Assembly (NCBI GenBank): GCA_037385265.1
Contig: JARRNG010000007.1
Location: 1 to 50,644 of the forward strand
Source of the DNA: Nitrospirota bacterium
GTDB taxonomy: Bacteria > Nitrospirota > Thermodesulfovibrionia > Thermodesulfovibrionales > JdFR-86
Direction: 5' to 3'
Length of the DNA stretch: 50,644 bases
Shown: piece after piece, positions 27,313 through 36,365 of the stretch
How positions within the stretch are numbered: position 1 is the first letter of the stretch
How the letters are laid out: each line of letters starts with the position of its first letter
Made by a program: the position numbers and the translations under genes
Notes under the pieces: generated by a model
The model's input: only the letters and a program-made list of their open reading frames with translations
Told to the model about the DNA's origin: nothing
Databases searched by the model: none

Positions 27313-27516
27313 ATGACGAAGGTCAAGACTTTTGGGATTGAGATAAGGCCGATGAAGACCATGAAGGAGCTCTCGCAGCTCGACGAGACGGTCAACAAAT
27401 TCATAGCCGAAAACAACGTCGACAAGGTCGTATCGGTCTCCGACACGGCCACGACGGATGACAAGGGCGAGACCATCGGGCTGATAAGGGTCCTGTGCTA
27501 CAAGGAAAAGCATTAA
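27313..27516 (+). CDS. Hypothetical small protein (67 aa)
   Basis: GGGAGG RBS. MTKVKTFGIEIRPMKTMKELSQLDETVNKFIAENNVDKVVSVSD...IGLIRVLCYKEKH. The strand-helix-strand pattern vaguely recalls Cse60-like proteins, but the similarity is weak. Confidence 0.55.
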   Translation: MTKVKTFGIEIRPMKTMKELSQLDETVNKFIAENNVDKVVSVSDTATTDDKGETIGLIRVLCYKEKH

Positions 27517-27523
27517 GGGCGCG

Positions 27524-27775
27524 GTGGCCGACGTCAAGGAAATCAGGGAGCTAGCGAAGAGGTTCACGCCGGAGGAGATAGAAAGCTGCATAACTGTGCA
27601 GCTCGATACGGGGAAGAACGAATGCTTGAGAAACCCTTCCGCCGAGTATATAATTAACGAGCTTTCCAAGGCCAAGTTCGTCAAAGATCTCATGGCCGAG
27701 GGCATGGAGATCGCCGATGCCCTCAGGGAGCTGGCAAGGCGCATGAGAACCATTCAGAACAGGGAGGAGCGATGA
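27524..27775 (+). CDS. Hypothetical small helical protein (83 aa)
   Basis: The GTG start lies 8 nt after the previous stop. I recognised no family. Confidence 0.5.
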   Translation: MADVKEIRELAKRFTPEEIESCITVQLDTGKNECLRNPSAEYIINELSKAKFVKDLMAEGMEIADALRELARRMRTIQNREER

Positions 27776-28194
27776 ACCTCAAGGAGCACGAAAGCCACAT
27801 CAAGGACCTTCTCAAGGAATACTGTCTTTTCCTGGTCGAGCCGGTGTACGTGGACAACGTGGCCGAATGGAGCAAGCGAAACGGCTTCGACGAGCCGGAC
27901 AAGGAAAAGCCCCTGAAGCTCGTGGTCAGCGAGGAAAAGGGCTGCAAGCTCGTGATGAACGAAGAGGTCCCCGACAAGGTTATCGAGGAGCGGCTCAAGG
28001 CCATGTCCGTGAGGGCCGCCCTCCAGAACGTGGCCGAGGACAGGGAGGCCAGGCTCAACAGCGAAAAGAAGAAGTTGGCCTATCTCTTCCTCAGCGAATA
28101 CGGCTCGCACATGCCCGAGCACGAGGACGACGAACTCCTCATCGACAACTGGGCCTTTGGCGAGATGGAGAGGCTGGGCTACTTCACCGAGTGA
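27772..28194 (+). CDS. Hypothetical acidic protein (140 aa)
   Basis: It has an ATGA overlap with the previous gene. I recognised no family. Confidence 0.55.
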   Translation: MNLKEHESHIKDLLKEYCLFLVEPVYVDNVAEWSKRNGFDEPDKEKPLKLVVSEEKGCKLVMNEEVPDKVIEERLKAMSVRAALQNVAEDREARLNSEKKKLAYLFLSEYGSHMPEHEDDELLIDNWAFGEMERLGYFTE

Positions 28195-28212
28195 AGCCCT
28201 GCCCGTAGGGCC

Positions 28213-29352
28213 ATGCGCGCGGCGATTTACCCACTGATAATTTTACTGTCCTGCTCCCTTTCGGGGTCCCCCGTGATGGGCGGAAAGCCCCAGGCCGTGG
28301 AAGACGTCCCGGTGCCCCAGGGAGACGGCGTGAGGGTGGAGGACTGGGTGACGGGGCTCGACATCCCCTGGTCGCTTGTCTTCCTGCCCGGCGGGCGCGC
28401 CCTGGTGAGCCAGCGGCGCGGCACGATACGCCTTATCGAGGACGGCAAGCTCTCGGATAAGCCCTACGCGGTCGTCGAGGACGTGACCGCCATTGGCGAG
28501 GGGGGCCTCATGGGGCTGGCCCTCCACCCCAAGTTCCCGGACGAGCCCTTCGTCTACGCCATGTACACCTATACCGGGGGCTCCGGCCTCAGGAACAGGG
28601 TGGTGAGGTTCAGGCACAACGGGGCCACCGGGGCCTTCGACCGGGTGATAGTGGACGGCATCCCCGGGGGGACTTTCCATGACGGGGGGAGAATTGCCTT
28701 CGGCCCCGACGGCATGCTCTATATAACCACCGGCGAGACCACCCGGCCCGAGCTCGCCCAGGACCTCGAAAGCCTCGGCGGAAAGATCCTGAGAGTCACG
28801 GCCGAGGGAGACATACCGCCCGACAACCCCTTCCCCGGCTCGCCGGTATACTCCTACGGCCACCGCAACCCCCAGGGCATCGCCTGGCGGCCCGGCACGG
28901 GAGAGCTCTTCGAGTCGGAGCACGGCCCCTCGGGAGAGTTCGGCGCCCACGCAAACGACGAGATAAACATCATCAAAAAGGGGGGCAACTACGGCTGGCC
29001 CAAGGTCATCGGCGCGCCCTCTAAGAAGCCCTACATAGACCCTATCGTGGTCTGGAAGAAGGCCACGCCGCCCTCGGGCATAGCATTCCCAAGCGGCAGG
29101 CTACTTAAGAGCCTCGGGGGAAACCTCCTCGTGGCGACCCTGGGGAGCCAGGCCCTGGTGAGAATCGTCCTCGGCGAGGACGGCGAGGTAGTCCGCATAG
29201 AGCGCTGGTTCGAGGGCCGCTACGGCAGGCTCCGTGACGTCGTCGAAGGCCCCGACGGGGCGCTCTACGTCCTGACGAACAATACCGACGGAAGGGGCAG
29301 GCCCAGGGACGGCGACGACAGGATACTGAGGATACTTCCCGCCGGGGACTAA
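28213..29352 (+). CDS. PQQ-dependent soluble sugar (aldose/sorbosone) dehydrogenase, beta-propeller, secreted
   Basis: It has a signal peptide. HDGGRIAFGPDGMLYITTGE, YSYGHRNPQGIAW, EHGPSG...DEINII..GGNYGWP. Confidence 0.85.
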   Translation: MRAAIYPLIILLSCSLSGSPVMGGKPQAVEDVPVPQGDGVRVEDWVTGLDIPWSLVFLPGGRALVSQRRGTIRLIEDGKLSDKPYAVVEDVTAIGEGGLMGLALHPKFPDEPFVYAMYTYTGGSGLRNRVVRFRHNGATGAFDRVIVDGIPGGTFHDGGRIAFGPDGMLYITTGETTRPELAQDLESLGGKILRVTAEGDIPPDNPFPGSPVYSYGHRNPQGIAWRPGTGELFESEHGPSGEFGAHANDEINIIKKGGNYGWPKVIGAPSKKPYIDPIVVWKKATPPSGIAFPSGRLLKSLGGNLLVATLGSQALVRIVLGEDGEVVRIERWFEGRYGRLRDVVEGPDGALYVLTNNTDGRGRPRDGDDRILRILPAGD

Positions 29353-29849
29353 CCCACCTTCTTCATTATCTCCCGCATGAAGGCCGGAAGGTCCGAGGGC
29401 TGGCGGGAGGTGATAAGATTCCCGTCCACCACGACTTCCCTGTCCTCGTACTTCGCTCCCGCCTCCTTTAGCTCCTTTCCACCCGAGCGGTAGCTCGTGG
29501 ACTTCCGGCCCTTCATCACTCCGGCCTTGATGAGAACCTGGGGGCCGTGGCATATGGACGCCACGGGCTTGTCCTTGTCGAAGAAGGCCTTCGCGATGCC
29601 GGTTACCCGCTTGTCGTTCCTTATGGAGGCCGGGGCCTTACCGCCCGGGACGACAAGGATGTCGTAGTCGTCGGGATTGACGGAGTCGAGGGATATAGTA
29701 GAACTGGCCTCGTAGCCGTGCTTCCCCTTGAACTTCTCCATGGGCGAGGCTATGTCCACCTTGAAGCCCTCCTCAAGGAGGCGGAAGTACGGCACGAAGA
29801 GCTCGAGGTCCTCGAAACCCTCCCCGCTTATGATGAGCGCCCTTTTCAT
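29349..29849 (-). CDS. DJ-1/PfpI-family protein (PfpI-type intracellular protease / glyoxalase class)
   Basis: 166 aa. Nucleophile elbow PVASICHGPQVL, then LVVPGG. Confidence 0.85.
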   Translation of the reverse strand: MKRALIISGEGFEDLELFVPYFRLLEEGFKVDIASPMEKFKGKHGYEASSTISLDSVNPDDYDILVVPGGKAPASIRNDKRVTGIAKAFFDKDKPVASICHGPQVLIKAGVMKGRKSTSYRSGGKELKEAGAKYEDREVVVDGNLITSRQPSDLPAFMREIMKKVG

Positions 29850-29947
29850 ATCCCGACGATATCTCCTGGGGCAGGGGTTGTCAAGGGGAGCCGCGGCAAG
29901 AGATGAAGAGCTTTGAATACATGAGAAAAGGGGGTATAATTGGGTGC

Positions 29948-30433
29948 ATGAAGGCGATTGTCCTGGCGCTTGCCCTCCTCGTTCTTTCCGGGTGCGCCCA
30001 CGTGGTGTCGCCGGAGCTGAGGGCCGAGGCGGAGCCTGTCAACGTGGAGGACCTCTTCGGCCATCCCGAGCTATACAGGGGCAAGACCGTCATACTCGGC
30101 GGGGTCCTCATCGAGGCGACAAACACGGAAAAGGGAACGACGCTGGAGATCCTCGAAAAACCCCTCGACTACAGGGGCAGGCCCCAGGACACCGACAGGA
30201 GTCGGGGCCGGTTCATAGTGAAGCATGGCGAACGCCTCGACAAGTTAATCTTCAAGCCGGGAAGAGAGCTGACCGTCGTGGGAGAGGTCCTGGGCATTGA
30301 GCGCAGGCCCCTCGGCGAGATGGAATACCCTTACCTCGTGCTCAGGTCCAGGGCTATCTACATACACAAGGAATCAGCCAGGCAGCGTCGGATTCCCGTA
30401 CACTTCGGCTTCGGCGTCTTCAAGACGTTCTAA
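29948..30433 (+). CDS. slp: Slp-family outer-membrane lipoprotein
   Basis: Lipobox LLVLSGC. YRGKTVILGGVLIEATNTEKGTTLEILEKPLDYRGRPQDTDRSRGRF is typical of Slp. The start was moved to ATG 29948. Confidence 0.75.
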   Translation: MKAIVLALALLVLSGCAHVVSPELRAEAEPVNVEDLFGHPELYRGKTVILGGVLIEATNTEKGTTLEILEKPLDYRGRPQDTDRSRGRFIVKHGERLDKLIFKPGRELTVVGEVLGIERRPLGEMEYPYLVLRSRAIYIHKESARQRRIPVHFGFGVFKTF

Positions 30434-30500
30434 ATGATGCCCGCCGCCCCTTCCACTATTCCGCGGAGCGTTCCACCGCGGCGGAGTTCACGGACAGCCC

Positions 30501-31412
30501 ATGGCCTTTAGCGAAAGCGCATTCAAGGGATGTCTCGCCGGCCTTGCCCTGGGTGACGCCCTGGGCGCCCCCTTCGAGGGCCTAATGCCGCCCCTGGAGT
30601 CGGGGGTGGAGGCCTTTTTCGAGCACCTCCCGGAAGTCCTCCGCTACACGGACGACACCGAGATGGCAATCGGCGTGGCCGAGTCGCTCGCGGAGAGGGG
30701 ATGCCTGGACCTCGATCACGTGGCCCGGAGGTTCGCCGAGAACTTCGACCCCTCGAGGGGGTACGGGCCGGGGACCGTATCGGTCCTCGGGATGATAAGG
30801 AGGGGCGCCTCGTGGCGAGACGCCAACAGGGCCGTCTTCCCTGAGGGCTCCTTCGGAAACGGAGCGGCCATGCGTGCTGCTCCGCTGGGGCTTTTCTACG
30901 CGGGCTCGCCCGAGGACCTCAGGGAGGCGACCTTCGCGGCAAGCTCAATCACCCACGACCACCCCCTTGCCAAGGAGGGGGCGCTTCTAATAGCCGGGGC
31001 GGTCTCGGCGATACTCGGGGGGAAGAATAAGACCGAGACGCTCGACGAGGTCTCGCGCCTCGTTGGGGCCGACGCCTACAGGCAGAAGCTCCGCTTCATA
31101 AAGGAGTTCATGGGCCACCCCATATCCCCGGGCACGGTCATCGAGCGCCTGGGCCACGGGGTCCTGGCCGAGGAATCAGCCCCCACGGCCCTTTACGCCT
31201 ATCTGAAAGAGGGGCGGAACTACCTCAAGTGCATTTGGTACTGCATCTCCCTGGGCGGCGACACCGACACCATCTGCGCCATGGCCGGGGCGCTCTCGGG
31301 CGCCAAGGTGGGGCTCAAGGGCCTTCCGCAGGAGATGCTCGAAAGGCTCGAAGACCGCGACAGAATCCTCTCCCTGGCTGAGGAACTCTTCAGGGCGGCG
31401 GCCCGCAAATAG
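30501..31412 (+). CDS. ADP-ribosylglycohydrolase-family protein
   Basis: GLALGDALGAPFEG, YTDDTEMA, GNGAAMR, GGDTDTICAMAGAL. Confidence 0.85.
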   Translation: MAFSESAFKGCLAGLALGDALGAPFEGLMPPLESGVEAFFEHLPEVLRYTDDTEMAIGVAESLAERGCLDLDHVARRFAENFDPSRGYGPGTVSVLGMIRRGASWRDANRAVFPEGSFGNGAAMRAAPLGLFYAGSPEDLREATFAASSITHDHPLAKEGALLIAGAVSAILGGKNKTETLDEVSRLVGADAYRQKLRFIKEFMGHPISPGTVIERLGHGVLAEESAPTALYAYLKEGRNYLKCIWYCISLGGDTDTICAMAGALSGAKVGLKGLPQEMLERLEDRDRILSLAEELFRAAARK

Positions 31413-31413
31413 C

Positions 31414-32052
31414 TCAGCCTCCCGCAAGTAGCCTCACAGAGTTCCAGAGGAATACGCCTCCGAAGAAGACCAGCACCACCCCGGAGACAAGGCTCACCTT
31501 TCTATAGAATCCCTGGCCCAACCTCTTGGCTCCCCTGTTAGACGCGGCGGCGAGAAAACCCAGCCAGAGGAGGTCGCAGAGCCAGTGCACGACCGCAAAG
31601 AGCACCACCCCCAGGACGCCGAAGGCCGTGGCCGATAACACGAGGCCCAGGCCGACCGTGGCCCACCAGAGGAGGAAATAGGGGTTTCCCACGCTGAGAA
31701 GCACGCCCGACACAACCGAGGAACCACGCCCGGCGTCCTCTTCGGCCATGTCCGCGGCTCCCGGGGACCTGAGCATCCCCAAGCCCAGGTAAAATAGATA
31801 CGCCCCGCCGGACACGCCCACGAAAATCCTAGTCCAATCGTGCTTGAACAAGGCCCCCGCCCCCAGCGCAAGGATGGCGATAAGGGGGAACTCCACCAGG
31901 CCGTGGCCGATGGAGATGTAGATGCCAGAGAGGCCCGAGCGCCCTCCCCGCTCCACCACGGCCGCCGTCATCGGTCCGGGCGAAAGCACTCCCGAAAGCG
32001 ATATGAGGACCGCCGACAACAGAAATAGGCCGAGGCTCTGCTCCATATTCAT
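31414..32052 (-). CDS. LysE-family amino-acid exporter
   Basis: 212 aa, 5-6 TM segments. N-terminal SPGPMTA and NPYFLLWW motifs. Confidence 0.75.
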   Translation of the reverse strand: MNMEQSLGLFLLSAVLISLSGVLSPGPMTAAVVERGGRSGLSGIYISIGHGLVEFPLIAILALGAGALFKHDWTRIFVGVSGGAYLFYLGLGMLRSPGAADMAEEDAGRGSSVVSGVLLSVGNPYFLLWWATVGLGLVLSATAFGVLGVVLFAVVHWLCDLLWLGFLAAASNRGAKRLGQGFYRKVSLVSGVVLVFFGGVFLWNSVRLLAGG

Positions 32053-32097
32053 ATTCTAACCCGACCCGCCCCGGCGTTTAAACGGGACCCCGGGGTT

Positions 32098-33882
32098 GTG
32101 GGAAATCAAGACCTATTATATTCTTTTGTTGTGAAGCATTTTTTCCCATCAGGGCTCTTCCTTTCGGGAAACGAGGCCGTTGCGCTCGGGGCCTACGAGG
32201 CGGGCATCGAGGTGGCCTCCTCATACCCGGGCACTCCGGCCACGGAGATACTCGAAAGCCTGGCCCGCTACGAAGGGGTCTGGGCCCGGTGGGCAACGAA
32301 CGAGAAGGTCTGCCTGGAGGTCGCCCTCGGGGCGTCGCTTGCCGGGGCAAGGGCCCTGGCCTCGATGAAGCACGTGGGCCTCAATAACGCAGCCGACCCG
32401 CTCTTTGCCTCGGCCTACACGGGCGTGAGGGGAGGCCTTGTGATAGCCGTGGCCGACGACCCCGGCATGCACAGCTCCCAGAACGAACAGGACAGCCGGC
32501 TCTACGCCCTGGCGGCGAAGCTCCCCATGCTCGAGCCCTCCGACCCCGCAGAGGCCCGGGAATTCACGAAGCTGGCCTTCGACCTGAGCGAGCGCTTCGA
32601 CCTCCCGGTTCTTCTCAGGACCACGACGAGGGTATCCCACGCAAAGGGCCCGGTGCCTAAGGGGCAGAGGAAAGCGGGCGCCCGCGGGCGGGGCTTAAGA
32701 AAGGAACCCGAAAAGCTCGTCCTGCTGCCCGCCTACGCCGCGGGGAGGCGGGCCGACCTCGAACGAAGGCTCGGGCGGCTCAGCACCTTCGCCGAGAGCT
32801 TCGTCCATAATACCGTCGAATGGAAGGACGCGAGAGTAGGCTTCATAACCTCGGGGGTCTCCTATCTTTACGTGAAGGAGGCATTTCCCCGGGCCTCGGT
32901 GCTCAAGCTCGGCATGGTCCATCCCCTTCCTGAAAGGCTCATAAGGGGATTCGCCTGCAAGGTCGAAACTCTCTATGTAGTCGAGGAACTCGACCCGTTC
33001 CTGGAGACACAGATAAAGGCCCTGGGGGTCGATTGCAGGGGCAAGGAACTCATCCCATCCCTGGGGGAGATAGACCAGTCGGTGCTCAGGGAGGCGCTTT
33101 CGAAGGGAGGGCGGAGGCCCCGCAGGCCGTCCCCTCGCGTGCCGACGAGGGAGCCCGCGATATGTCCGGGCTGCTCTTACAGGGGGGTACTCTACGCGCT
33201 TTCGAAGCTCGACGTGTTCGTGGCCGGAGACATAGGGTGCTATACCCTTGGCGCCCTCGAGCCCCTGAGGGCCATCGACTCGGTGCTCTGCATGGGGGCG
33301 GGCCTGGGAATGGCCCTGGGCATGGAGCAAGCCCTCGGGGCCCGCGAAGGGCAGAAAAAGCTCGTGGCGGTCATCGGGGATTCCACTTTCATCCACTCAG
33401 GCGTAAACGGGCTGATAGACATGGTCCATAACGGAGGGGCCGCCGCCGTGGTCATACTCGACAACGGCGTAACGGCCATGACGGGGCTTCAGCCCACGCC
33501 GGCCTCGGGCAACGGCACGGGCACCCTGGATTTCGCGGCCCTGGCGAGGGCCGTGGGGGTAAGGCGCGTCTTTACGGTGGACCCCTACGACCTTCACTCC
33601 ACGACGGAGGTTCTCAAGCGGGAGATTGAAAGCACGGAGCCCTCGGTGATAATCGCCAGGGGGCCCTGTGCCCTCCTCCCCGAAATGAGGGAAAGGGAAA
33701 ACGGGGCCTTCTCCGTGGCTGAGGCGAATTGCGACGGATGCCGCAGTTGCGCCGAACTCGGCTGTCCCGCCATAGTTTGGAAAAAAGGGCGAAAGAAAGG
33801 CCGCGCGGAGATATCAGATTCGCTGTGTACCGGGTGCGGCCTTTGCGCACAGGTCTGCGCCCGGGAGGCTATAGCGCCGTGA
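32098..33882 (+). CDS. iorA: Indolepyruvate:ferredoxin oxidoreductase alpha subunit
   Basis: LSGNEAVALGAYEAG, TPP-binding GDSTFIHSG and two C-terminal 4Fe-4S motifs (CDGCRSC.., CTGCGLCAQVC). The real start may be GTG 32131. Confidence 0.85.
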   Translation: MGNQDLLYSFVVKHFFPSGLFLSGNEAVALGAYEAGIEVASSYPGTPATEILESLARYEGVWARWATNEKVCLEVALGASLAGARALASMKHVGLNNAADPLFASAYTGVRGGLVIAVADDPGMHSSQNEQDSRLYALAAKLPMLEPSDPAEAREFTKLAFDLSERFDLPVLLRTTTRVSHAKGPVPKGQRKAGARGRGLRKEPEKLVLLPAYAAGRRADLERRLGRLSTFAESFVHNTVEWKDARVGFITSGVSYLYVKEAFPRASVLKLGMVHPLPERLIRGFACKVETLYVVEELDPFLETQIKALGVDCRGKELIPSLGEIDQSVLREALSKGGRRPRRPSPRVPTREPAICPGCSYRGVLYALSKLDVFVAGDIGCYTLGALEPLRAIDSVLCMGAGLGMALGMEQALGAREGQKKLVAVIGDSTFIHSGVNGLIDMVHNGGAAAVVILDNGVTAMTGLQPTPASGNGTGTLDFAALARAVGVRRVFTVDPYDLHSTTEVLKREIESTEPSVIIARGPCALLPEMRERENGAFSVAEANCDGCRSCAELGCPAIVWKKGRKKGRAEISDSLCTGCGLCAQVCAREAIAP

Positions 33883-34568
33883 AGGAGGAAAAGGGGAACA
33901 TACTTTTTTGCGGAGTGGGCGGACAGGGCGTGGTGCTCGCCAGCGAAGTGGCGGCCAGAGCCCTCCTTGGGGCCGGCTTCGACGTGAAGAAGAGCGAGGT
34001 CCACGGCATGGCACGCCGTGGCGGCTCCGTCGTCGCACACGTGCGCTTCGGCCGGAAGGTCCACTCGCCTGTCATATCGGCAGGAGAGGCGGACACCGTC
34101 ATCGCCTTCGAGCTACTCGAATCCCTGAGGTACGCCGGGCACTTCAGCCCTGGGGGCCTCGTTATCGTCAACACCCAGAGGATTCCGCCCCTTTCGGTCA
34201 GCTCGGGGCGCGAGAAGTACCCCACGGGGATTCTCTCGATCCTCCGGAGGCGAAGGATGTCCGTCTGGCCTCTGGATGCGCTGGGCGTCTCCCTTGAGCT
34301 TGGCGAGGCGAGGGTGCTGGGCATGGTGATGGCGGGGGCGCTGTCCGAAATCCTTCCCGTGTCGTGGAAGGTCCTCGCCGACGTCGCCGCCTCCCTGGTT
34401 CCCCGGCGCTACAGGGAAGCGAACCTGGCGGCCCTCGAAAGAGGCAGGGGGCTTGCCTCCGGGCTGGTGTCGAAGCGCGAGAACTTCGCCACAGAAGAAA
34501 TGCCGGCGTTACCGCCCAGAGGGGAGATGCGGGAAATACGTGGTCAGCTTCAGGATCTCTGGCGGTGA
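33879..34568 (+). CDS. iorB: Indolepyruvate:ferredoxin oxidoreductase beta subunit
   Basis: GTG 33879 overlaps the iorA TGA (GTGA). VKEEKGNILFCGVGGQGVVLAS. Confidence 0.8.
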   Translation: MKEEKGNILFCGVGGQGVVLASEVAARALLGAGFDVKKSEVHGMARRGGSVVAHVRFGRKVHSPVISAGEADTVIAFELLESLRYAGHFSPGGLVIVNTQRIPPLSVSSGREKYPTGILSILRRRRMSVWPLDALGVSLELGEARVLGMVMAGALSEILPVSWKVLADVAASLVPRRYREANLAALERGRGLASGLVSKRENFATEEMPALPPRGEMREIRGQLQDLWR

Positions 34569-34723
34569 AGCTAAGGCACCACCCGAAAAATAGTCCGCCT
34601 CCGCTCTCCTTCGGGGTAAAATCTTCACAGCCGTTGCAGGAAAGCCACAGGCCTTGGTCAGGTGGAATAATCAGAGTTCAGAAATCTATTTGAATTTCAA
34701 ACTCGTTTCTCCCATAAAGAAAG

Positions 34724-34739
34724 TGGCATTCTAATTGCT
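34724..34739 (+). promoter_or_regulatory. Sigma-54 (-24/-12) promoter
   Basis: TGGCAT-tctaa-TTGCT has the exact TGGCAC-N5-TTGCW spacing. It lies about 60 nt upstream of ATG 34802, in a locally AT-rich intergenic region. Confidence 0.6.
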
Positions 34740-34801
34740 TATCGGAATAAATCTGAAGACCAATCGGGTCTTATGAAAAGAGCAATAAAAGGAGAGAGAT
34801 T

Positions 34802-36247
34802 ATGCGGAATGGCAAGAATTTCCGGTTAACGGTCTTGCTTTGCACGGCGCTTCTATTTGCGCTTTCTGCATGTGCGGGGAAACAGCAGGCGAAGATCGAA
34901 CCGATTCCGGTTTCCGAAAACCCATCCGAGCACCTGAACCGCCTGGAAGCCGACCTCGGAGCCGGGATAAATAACCAGCTGAACGTTCTGGCGCCTGTCT
35001 CCTTCGCGAGCGCGGAATCCTATTTCAACAGCGCGAAGCAGGGCCTTGAAGGCGGGGGACAGCTTTCGAGCATTCTGGAAAACATCTCCAACAGCCGCGC
35101 TTACCTCAAGCGAGCCGAGGAGGTGGCCGGCCTTTCGAGGTCCGTCCTTTCGGACGCCATCACGGCCAGAGACTATGCGCGAGAGGCCGGAGCTACGGCT
35201 TTTCAATGGGACTACGCGGAAGCCGAGGAGAAGTTCCTCGAAATGACCAGGGCGATAGAAGATGGGGACCTGAAGAAGGCCGAGAAAAACAAGGAAAAGG
35301 TCGCCGAGGAATTCCGGCAGCTCGAAATCAGGGCTATTAAGGAGCAGACGATCGGCGAGGTCCGCAGCCTCATCGGCACGGCCGAGAAGGAAGGGGCCAA
35401 GAAACTCGTTCCGGACACCCTGGCGGACGCCCAGGCCGCCCTAAACGAGGCGGACGCCTTCATCACCGAGAAGCCGCATGAAAAGGAAGAGATGCTCGGG
35501 CTGGCCTCGAAAGCCCTTTTCAAGGCCCAGCGCCTGAATCAGTTGACCGCCAAGGCCAAGGAAATAAAGGAGATGAAGCCCGAAGAGGTGGCGCTGTGGG
35601 TGGAAGGGGAGCTCCAGAAACCCACGGATAAGCTGGGGGCCGCCGACATGCGGAACGAGTCCTTCGACACCCAGGTCGAAAACATCGTGGCCTCCATCGA
35701 CGCCCTCCAAAAGGACCGCCAGTTCATGGCCGACAAGGTAAAGGCGCAGCAGTCGGAGATGGCAGCCCTCAAAGAGGCGCACCGCGCGGAAATCGAGGGC
35801 CTTACGGCGAAGCACAATGACGAAATTGCGGCGATGTCTTCGCGGCAGAAGGCCGACATCGAGGAGATGAACAAGAACCAGCAGGCCGAGATTTCCGCCA
35901 TGAACCAGAAGCACCAGGCGGAGGCCATCGCCCTGACCAAGCAGATCGCCGCCCTGGAGGGCAAGACCCGGGAGGAGCAGGCCGAAAAGGAGCGCCTGGT
36001 GTCGGAAAAGCTCCTGGCCGAGGAGCGCCTGGCCGCTGAAAAGAGGGCCAACGAGGAGCGCATGGCCGCGCAGAGGAAGGCCGAGGCGGTCCGCAAGTAC
36101 CTTTTGGCCAACAAGACCCTCCCCGAGGGGAAGATTGTGGCCGTGGGATACGGCTCCAAGCGGCCTCTCGCCTCGAACGAGACGCCCGAAGGCCGGGCCA
36201 TAAACCGCCGGATAGACATTATCATCTCGCCGCAGATGGGCCAGTAG
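34802..36247 (+). CDS. Coiled-coil lipoprotein ending in a partial OmpA-like peptidoglycan-binding domain
   Basis: Lipobox LFALSAC. A long helical E/K/A-rich body follows. The C-terminus is only ...QRKAEAVRKYLLANKTLPEGKIVAVGYGSKRPLASNETPEGRAINRRIDIII, which is the second half of an OmpA_C domain. Confidence 0.7.
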   Translation: MRNGKNFRLTVLLCTALLFALSACAGKQQAKIEPIPVSENPSEHLNRLEADLGAGINNQLNVLAPVSFASAESYFNSAKQGLEGGGQLSSILENISNSRAYLKRAEEVAGLSRSVLSDAITARDYAREAGATAFQWDYAEAEEKFLEMTRAIEDGDLKKAEKNKEKVAEEFRQLEIRAIKEQTIGEVRSLIGTAEKEGAKKLVPDTLADAQAALNEADAFITEKPHEKEEMLGLASKALFKAQRLNQLTAKAKEIKEMKPEEVALWVEGELQKPTDKLGAADMRNESFDTQVENIVASIDALQKDRQFMADKVKAQQSEMAALKEAHRAEIEGLTAKHNDEIAAMSSRQKADIEEMNKNQQAEISAMNQKHQAEAIALTKQIAALEGKTREEQAEKERLVSEKLLAEERLAAEKRANEERMAAQRKAEAVRKYLLANKTLPEGKIVAVGYGSKRPLASNETPEGRAINRRIDIIISPQMGQ

Positions 36248-36256
36248 GCTTCGAAA

Positions 36257-36285
36257 GGGGCCCCAGGCTTAAAGCCTGGGGCCCC
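36257..36285. terminator. Bidirectional hairpin terminator between convergent genes
   Basis: A perfect 12-bp stem GGGGCCCCAGGC / GCCTGGGGCCCC with the loop TTAAA. Confidence 0.6.
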
Positions 36286-36365
36286 CGGGGCCCCCTTCAT
36301 TTCCCCTTCACTCTTGAGCCAAAATTCCAACTTCTTATTCTGCGCCATATTCCGGGCTATATGGT

